A stretch of DNA of 54,065 bases, the filler included, from Perkinsus olseni (lineage: Eukaryota), in the NCBI GenBank assembly GCA_013115125.1. It is 2 parts of 2 records of this genome, joined end to end, with 100 filler letters (N's around TTAATTAATTAA, not from the genome) between each part and the next. Parts side by side here need not be neighbours in the genome. Positions count along the whole stretch, not along the records: positions 27,089 to 54,065 come from JABANN010000476.1; 1 more part is not named here. One strand, written 5' to 3'. Under the pieces are notes generated by a model that was not told the origin of the DNA, ran no database searches, and saw only the letters and a program-made list of their open reading frames with translations. The position numbers were made by a program, and so were the translations under genes. Shown one piece after another: positions 46,576-54,065 of the stretch (positions within the stretch are counted from its first letter, which is position 1; each line of letters starts with the position of its first letter).

Positions 46576-49359
46576 TCAGGCCTTGGTGGTCATCTGCTCG
46601 GTGACCTGACGGAAGAAGATTGACACGCTCGCCCCTGCTGTAACACTCGGCTAGGTATGATACTCCCTTTCAAGAGTCACCGTATACGGCTCGTAACGAA
46701 AGAAATGCAACTTGCAAAAAGGAGGCCACTATGCTACGTGGCTCGGCAGTGGCGGTCGAACAATTGTCGAAGCATTGAGCCAGTGTTCGATAGCAGCCTG
46801 CTGCGTGGCATAGTACCTTCATTTTTTCCTTGTTACAGAATGTATTCCCATAACGCAACCAAACTCGCAGACTAGCACCTTAGTTCACCTCCGAGCCTCG
46901 AGCGACCTCCAAAATTCCAACACACCCGCCGAACGCCCGACGCCTAGCAGCACGCTGATTGCCTTACGTGAGTGACAGCCTGCTTAGCAAGGTCGTGCTC
47001 CGCCTCAGGAAGCCCTTCTATCACGTGGGAGGCCTATAAAGCCAGATTCACGAAACATATCGATCAGTCGGGCGCGCGCTCACCTCATCAAGGTACTTCT
47101 TGTCATCGCTGATTTGGGCCATGGGAAGGAGGAGCCTCCAAGCCTGAGCTTGGCGACCCCACCTCTTCAAAGTGGCCACGCCAGACTCCATGATGCGGAT
47201 AGCGTCGGCAGTCTTCACGCTGGCATCGCCTGAAAATGTCCAATACCTCAGCGGAGCGAAGCAAGATTATAACTTACGATCTGATGACAATTGCAGCATT
47301 GCCCACTCAGCCACTGTAGTGATGTAAAGCTCCACTAGACGACGCTCATCAGGGACCTACGACGAGTACAAGAAGCATCTTTAGCAATGCCAATCTGGGA
47401 GAGAGAGGGCCAGACGTGAAGCAGTAGAGGGCGCTTACGTCAGGGCTCTCCTTCACCAAGTCCTCTACTTTACTGAAGCCAGACCAGACGGCGACAACTC
47501 TGCCGAACAGACCATCAGCCTCCTTATTATTGGCAGCATCTCTGAGGGCTCGGGCGAGCGCTAACATCAGCGGCGCTGATTTGGGCGTATCTCCCTTGGA
47601 GGCTGAAAAGGAGATTAAGTCAAAGAAAGGGCTCCCGTAGGCGCGCATTCGTACTCGCTATTTCAACGGCCTTTTTATGGCATTTGATAGCCTCATCCAT
47701 CTTGCCCAACGACACTTGACAGGAGCCCATGTTACTCCATATCGATGCGAGCTGAGACACGACACCCGTGACCGCGCAACAAGATCACCACGCCTTACGT
47801 TCTGGTCCTTTTCGTCAGAGCCAGCTCTGATGCTGCAGTCCAGGGACTTACGCAAATCCGTAACAGCATCTTCGAGCCTGAGGGAACAGATGAATACCAA
47901 CAAAACAGAATTGAACCGAAGGGTCTTAGCCGGGTCTCACTTGCCAGCATGCTTCTCGCAAACACCGATGTTGTTGTAGGTGGTGGCCAGCTCGTCCAGG
48001 GTTGACGCCTCGTTGGCTGGTAGACGCTTCTCTTGGTACTGCAGGAGCTTTCGGAAGCACTCGAGGCCCTTAGCCCACTCCTTCCGAGCCATGTAGTACT
48101 GAAGTATAGGGACACGATATGAATATATATACCACAACCAGGATTTGAACCCGGGACCTTCCCATTACTTTGGCCAGTGCCGTATAGCCGGTCTTCACAT
48201 TAGAAGGGAAGGAACCGACGGGTATCTGAGGGACTGCATTCCTTCCCTGACCCAGCGGAGTCCGCCGACCTTCTCCAAAATCTTCTGCAAATTGTCCATT
48301 CTTCCCTTGACAATGGCCTCACTAACTCTCACGCCCCACCTGAGTTTGAGCGACACTGCAACCAAAGTAGTTCTGCCGAGTCGCCTGCACTACTCCTCGG
48401 CATACTCCAGCTGCTTCCGGGTTGGGTGTTCATCGTCATCAGATCCCCAAGCCTCGGAGATGGCTGCGGCGCTGTCCGGCAGAAGTGACAGGAGCTGCGA
48501 CGACCACGATCGAAGAACAGCGATAATGATGGTAATGACAATCACCTCGTCCTTAGGCTTGCCCATCTCCTTGCTGGCCTTGACAACCCAATAGACCGCC
48601 TTATGATGGCTCTTATCAAGCTTGGCAAGGACATGCTCTGCATCGTCAAACACCTGCCCAACCGAACCTCGAATTTCATTCAGACTCGTGCTAGTGATAT
48701 GATCATTTACACAGGTTAGTCGCCCACACAAATGCTGAGCGTCTCCACTACTGTTGAAACAATCATACCAAATTTTACGCAACTATCGTCCAGAGACCCC
48801 TCCCTACCTCCTGCCACCGCTCTAAGGCGGCATTTGCCAAAGCACGGTTCGAGTAGTAGGCAGCTACGTTGCCGTCAAGGTCAATGGCCTTAGTGTAGAG
48901 TTCGATGGCCTGAAAAGCATAGACAGAGAATAGCATACCAGCCAACTTCGACCGAAAAAGTCTCTGGCGGTAATGGCCGTGAATCACGGCCCGTGATATA
49001 GACGGAGGGCCTCAGCTTCGACAAGTCGTACTTCCGACATCACAAAAGTCCTTTGAAAACGGTCCAATGCTGATTGACTCGAAGTTTCCCTGCATCCCAG
49101 AGCAACCCAGCTAATGAGGAACCAGGTACAGACGGCACCAACACAGGGAAGATGATGACCGGTCTGCTCGAGCGGACGTGAGCGGGCTGCTCATGAGTGC
49201 CGCTCGCCGCAGTCCGGGACGGCTAGATAACCGCAGCAGGAGCTCTCCCCTCATCATCACCTTCCTGAACTTCCTCTCATGATACATAGCATTGCCCTCC
49301 TTCTTGAATTGCTCAGCCTGCTCAGCGGCTGATGACGTCGATTGGTTCTCAGTGGACAT
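46576..49359 (-). CDS. Tetratricopeptide-repeat protein with N-terminal co-chaperone-type TPR clamp, multi-exon
   Basis: AEQFKKEGNAMY.../AIELYTKAIDLDGNVAAYYSNRALAN (carboxylate-clamp K/N/N residues), KAVYW, and later TPRs LATTYNNIGVC, AVTDLRKSL. 3' end approximate. Confidence 0.8.
48131..48195 (-). other. Degenerate tRNA-like fragment (T-arm / B box) in an intron
   Basis: Minus strand reads ...gggaaggtcccgggttcaaatcctggttgtggt: T-stem ccggg/cctgg with TTCAAAT loop. D and anticodon arms not convincingly present. Confidence 0.3.
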
Positions 49360-49586
49360 AACAATAATGGGGTATTTACTGAAGACAGGCGGCGGCCATC
49401 AATTACCCTCAACTACCCGACACCCACCAAGAGAGAGAGTTGCACCAACTCCTCTGTGGCCTGTCTTGCGGTGGGACACTCGACAACAGCAGCGTGCCAA
49501 GAAACGAAGTTCCAAACGTACAAATGGTAGGAATGAAAGGTTATTAGTTATACACGCCCTACGAGTTTGCGAAATTGGTAGGACCC

Positions 49587-52500
49587 TCAGGCCACTGCCT
49601 CGCTCATGACAGCTCCCAACCCAGAGATAACAACGATAGCCACCAAGGAAGTAATGAGACCAGGCACGATGAAATCCTTGGGTTGAAGCCATGGCCTGTT
49701 GTCATCCCCTTGCCTCTTAATAGCAGTGGCATTGACATTAGGGGCAGAGCTCACGGGGAGGGCCGAACCGGCGGACAGGGCTAATGCTGCTGGCATTGCA
49801 ATCAGCGTCACACCACCCCTGAGACCCTTGGGGACCACGTCGTCCCCGAGGGCGATAATGAACGGCATGAGTACATTGGCGGCTGCTATATGGGACACTG
49901 CTGTGGAACAGAGAGTTACGAATGTTACGGTACCGAGTATACACGCCCATAACGGCGCACCGTGAAGAATCTCCGATGCTCCAGTGGATGCGATCTCGAG
50001 GAGTTGGGAGTCCTTCACGGCCATTGCCAGACAAGAGCCTCCAGCTAGAAGGAAACAGACGTCCCATGGTAGGGAGAGGAAGTCGGCCTTCGTCAGCAGA
50101 CCGGGTATAGAGAACAACAAGACTAGTGGGACAAGGGCTGAGAGGGAGGTATCCCCGAAGACAGCACAAGTAAGGCCAGACGAGAGCCACATTACAATGC
50201 AACCAATAACAATGACAATAACGACAGTACGCTGCCAGTTCCCGAACAACGCTCCGCTGGCCGAGGCCACTAGCCTAGGAGGGAGGGCGAGGTAGTCGGG
50301 GTTGGCGCTCTCTTGCAGTAGGGGCTGTTGCACTGTACTAGCCCTACGATGGGGGTACTTCGGTCGTGTTACGAAGGAAACAGCGACTAAGAGGACGAAG
50401 GAGGTAGGGATGGCTATACCACACCATTGGGAAAACGAGAGGCCGTAGTCTGTGTGAAGTGTTGCGAAGGCTACCACGTTCTGCGGTGACGCTACAGGGC
50501 TCGTCATACCGCCAATGTTGCATGCAAAAGCTATGGAGATGAGCATAGCCCTACCGTAGGAGTAGGTAGAGGGGAGGTTCTGCGGCAACTCATCGAGGAT
50601 CGGGGACACTATACTCATGCAGAGGACGCTGGCAGCCACGTTGCCTACAGCCGCTGACACTATGTAGGCGACTAACATCATCATACGCAGGGTTCGAACC
50701 CGGCTCTTCCCCCCGAATGTCTTCAACAGCACGCATGCGATCTCCTTGTCGAGCCTCAGCTTAGACAGCGCAGCGGCTAGAGAGAAACTAGCAAGCACCA
50801 TAAGCTGGGAGCCTGACCACATAGACTTGATCGCCATCAAGGCTGCCTTCTGACGGTCTCCCCCGGCTGACGGCAAGCAGCGAGCTACCACTACCAATAG
50901 GGGTACCGCGAGAGCTGTGATGTGCAGCGGAAGGGTCCCAAGGCACCAGAAGGCACTCGTTATCCACAAGACGGCAAGGCAGCGTCGGGCAGCACCGTTC
51001 ATACCGGGAACATCCAAAGCAAGTAGCAGTATGAAAACAAGGAAAACGACTGTGTAGACGACGATGCTAGCCCACTTCTTCCGTAGACAACTGACCAGCT
51101 CTGCTGAGGTGTAAGGGAGTAACTTCGCAGGCGCCGCCTCGACGCTCTTAGCATGACCCAACTCCAGCAGCTCTGGAGGAGGGGCAGCGGTCTGCGTCTC
51201 AGTAGCTTGACGAACCTGCGGCATATCTTCCGACTTCACCGGCCGGCCTCCAGTGGCCACAGTCCCAAGCCTCGTTCTTTGCCTGAGACAACATGATTGG
51301 GCCAGAAGCTGAAGTACAGGAGACTACCTCTCGAGCTTGATCAGGTCGTGCCATATGGTGCCTCTATCCCAAACCAGGAGCTCTGAGAGGCTGCGGGATA
51401 GCTCTTCCAAGGCTAGGGACACATCACCACTGCAGTAGTACTCGGCGTAACTGCAATGGCAATGCAGATGATGAGCTCTGCGCCACTCGATACCGCTGGA
51501 ATTTGGCTGATGAACAGCTATACGTTCATACGCTCTCAATTTGAATTCCGCTATTGTACGGCATAGCAGGCGACGGTTTCTGCACCACATATCACACCGC
51601 CATTCCCCCTATACCGAATACACCTCTCTGTGAGTTGACTGTCACTCTACGACGAGTCTGTGGTGTCCAGCGGAAGATTCGAGAGGTTGCTTCGTCCGAC
51701 CCCGAGTGTGTGAGTCATGCTCTCCTACCCCATCACCCATTACCTAGTCTCAACATCTGATATCATTGCTGGGATATTAGTCTGAGCCTCGTGCTGCATC
51801 GCCACCAATGGCTGACATGTCGCCATAAAATCCCCACAGTGCGAAGTACCGTTGAACTTGTCAAACTTCTTCACAATCTTTCGCGCTCCCTGAAAAACCG
51901 AAATAAGTATCCAAGGTAAACGGACTGAAGGACGCAAGCCTACGACCGCATTCAACGTAGAAAACAACACCCTTGTTTCAAAGGTCATCGATCACTTTAC
52001 GGGACACCCTTCATCAAGGTTCAAGGGAAGCCCTCAAACGGATTCGAGGACCATCACTGAAGACTTCCATCAGCAACTTCAGTCTGAAGTCTTCAAAAGA
52101 TACTCGCTGGAAACACTATAAGTACTCCCAGAGCTCCTACGTTGAACTTTCAATAAAGCGGAGCATAGGACGAGCCGCCCCAGGGCTTGGTTTTAATAGC
52201 CGCGTTCCCAAGATCCCCCTATTACCTCTGAGTTCAGCTGCACGAAGTTCTTCAGCTCGTTGAGTTCAGCGAATAACTCGATACACTCCTTACGATGCTT
52301 GGACTCAACATGCTTATGAGCCTCCATTGGCGCCAGATGCTGCTTTACAGAGGTGGTCAGTCTGGCGTAAATCTGAAAGTCGACTGGTAGCCGCTTTTAC
52401 TATGCCATCACCCTTGACCGTAGCGTCAAGCAGAAAGGAATAGCTTGAATAAATAAGTGCAGGATGCTATTCTTTACCTCCTCACAGCGACTAACTGCGG

Positions 52501-52993
52501 GAATAAGAATAAGATGTGGGAATAAAAACCCTAGTCTCGCAAATCCCGTGGAACCGTTGCAACTCGAGCAGCTCTATGGACTTCACGGGAACGATGTCCC
52601 GTGCAGTAGATGATAGCCTCACAGTCTTACTCGACAGAAAACACACTCAAATGAGACATTGGTAGGTATTGAATATAGTAGACCAATACCCTGCGATTTT
52701 CCGTGCCCCTCCACCATCCCGGTATTACATTGTAAAAATATGTGGAGATACGATCCATCTCGGCACACAGGGCCTTTTCGAATTCCTAAAATTATCAACA
52801 CATTTCTGACAATTTTCTCCACTGAGAGACTCATCACCTGCCAGGCATCATCAGGGGTGATAGTAGCTCCCTCCTCAGTGGCGGCCAGATTATGCCGTTG
52901 TTGCTTGATGAGCCGTTTGAGCCTCTTGTATTGTATGTAGCCATCATGCCAAGGACCAAAGGCGTTGTATTCCAGTTGGTAGGTGAATTTCAT
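49587..52993 (-). CDS. SPX-domain SLC13/DASS-family phosphate transporter (Pho87/Pho90/Pho91-like), multi-exon
   Basis: SPX: MKFTYQLEYNAFGPWHDGYIQYKRLKRLIK and KIVKKFDK. Membrane part 49587..51260: LPLHITAL, VGNVAASV, IAFACNIGGMTSPVASPQN, LPWDVCFLLAGG, VSHIAAA, ALPVSSAPN. Confidence 0.92.
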
Positions 52994-54065
52994 GACAACG
53001 TAACAACTACTGAAGGTCAAAAGAAGTCCCCGTCAAAAGTTTCCACCAAATCCGTCCTAACCAGTACAGTGTTGCACTTGTTGAATACTTCAGCGTTCCA
53101 ACTACGCCACGAGAGTTTCGATGATCACGTCCATCACTTCCAGGTGATGCTCCACCAACAACACTCCTGGCAGCTATCGACTCCGTGTACTTTTGCAACG
53201 AGCTTCTCATTGATGCATGCAAAGACCGCCATCGAATGCGGGAGAGGATGGATGATTGTCCAATGAGGTCGAAGCCTTACTTACTCGTGAGTTCACACCG
53301 CACAACCGACTCATCGTCAAGGCTTTGCCGCATTCGAGGGAGCCAGCAGTTGGATCTATCGAAGTCGCCACAGCGTTTTGCGCCCTCAACAAGCGGTTCG
53401 GACCAATACCGTCTCCCGCACCTCATCGAAGAGACTGCGCAATTTTTCAATATGCGGATATTTCAGAGCCGCTTTCAAAGTCGCTCTTACCTCAGTCGAT
53501 CGTTAGTGTGGTAAAATACGCTCCGGCGCGGGGTCGGACAGGTTACCCAACTGAAGGAGGCCTCTAAGCTGCTTCCTTCTAGGATGTTCCTGGCCGACCA
53601 TTTCATGCCCAAGGGCGCACCAGCGGCGCGGCGACGTAGCTGCTAGCCGTCTACTCACAGTGTGAGTTCACACCCTTGGCCTCGTTCACAATTTTAGATA
53701 ACCACGCTCGATAAACGTCCCATTGTAACTAGTATAACTCATTACATCAGATTTGTATTATTTTGTTTCCACCTGAAAAACCTGCACTGAAACGCACAAT
53801 TTGTGTCACCGTTGTGAAAATGCAGAAGAGTGTGTTTCCGGCCGAGCTGTAGAAAGCGAAATGAGCGATTCGGTTGAATAATCCTCGGTACGGTTCATCG
53901 CTCACTCTCTCATTACATCATAGGTAAGACACACCAGTTGGCGGTTGGCAGAGATTTCTGGTCGAATGAACTGAGCAGTTCGCGGTTGGCGCTGTTGCGA
54001 CACGGCTCTTTGCCCGCTGGACGCCCCGGATGTTGCGATCGACGACTGGCTTTCGTGCAACCCAA

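Noticed and set aside
53185-53567. Overlapping plus-strand ORFs of ~105 aa
   Set aside because: No motif support; cannot distinguish from chance ORFs.

Overview
Eukaryotic, gene-dense (roughly 50% GC) DNA with many short (~35-60 nt) GT-AG introns and tiny intergenic spacers. The style is most consistent with a perkinsid alveolate (Perkinsus-like); this is an inference, not proven. An N/TTAATTAATTAA assembly linker at 26989-27088 splits the window into two contigs. Left contig: M1 aminopeptidase, S10 serine carboxypeptidase, a tandem pair of Arf genes (one canonical Arf1, one intact but with a destroyed G3 motif), an FBXO15-like F-box gene, and a BPNT1/inositol-monophosphatase-family gene with unusually long introns. 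It also holds two head-to-head paralogues encoding tandem AP2-like domains whose 3' parts form a ~0.9 kb near-identical inverted repeat, plus several long DNA palindromes. Right contig, almost all minus strand: a ~10.6 kb tandem array of ~5 highly diverged, apparently secreted genes built from a strictly alternating A/B pair of an unrecognised Cys-containing domain. It is followed by an Hrq1/RecQ4-like helicase, RabGGTase beta, a small CX9C-like protein, a TPR protein and an SPX-SLC13 phosphate transporter. Gene models were spliced by eye, so boundaries of multi-exon genes are approximate.
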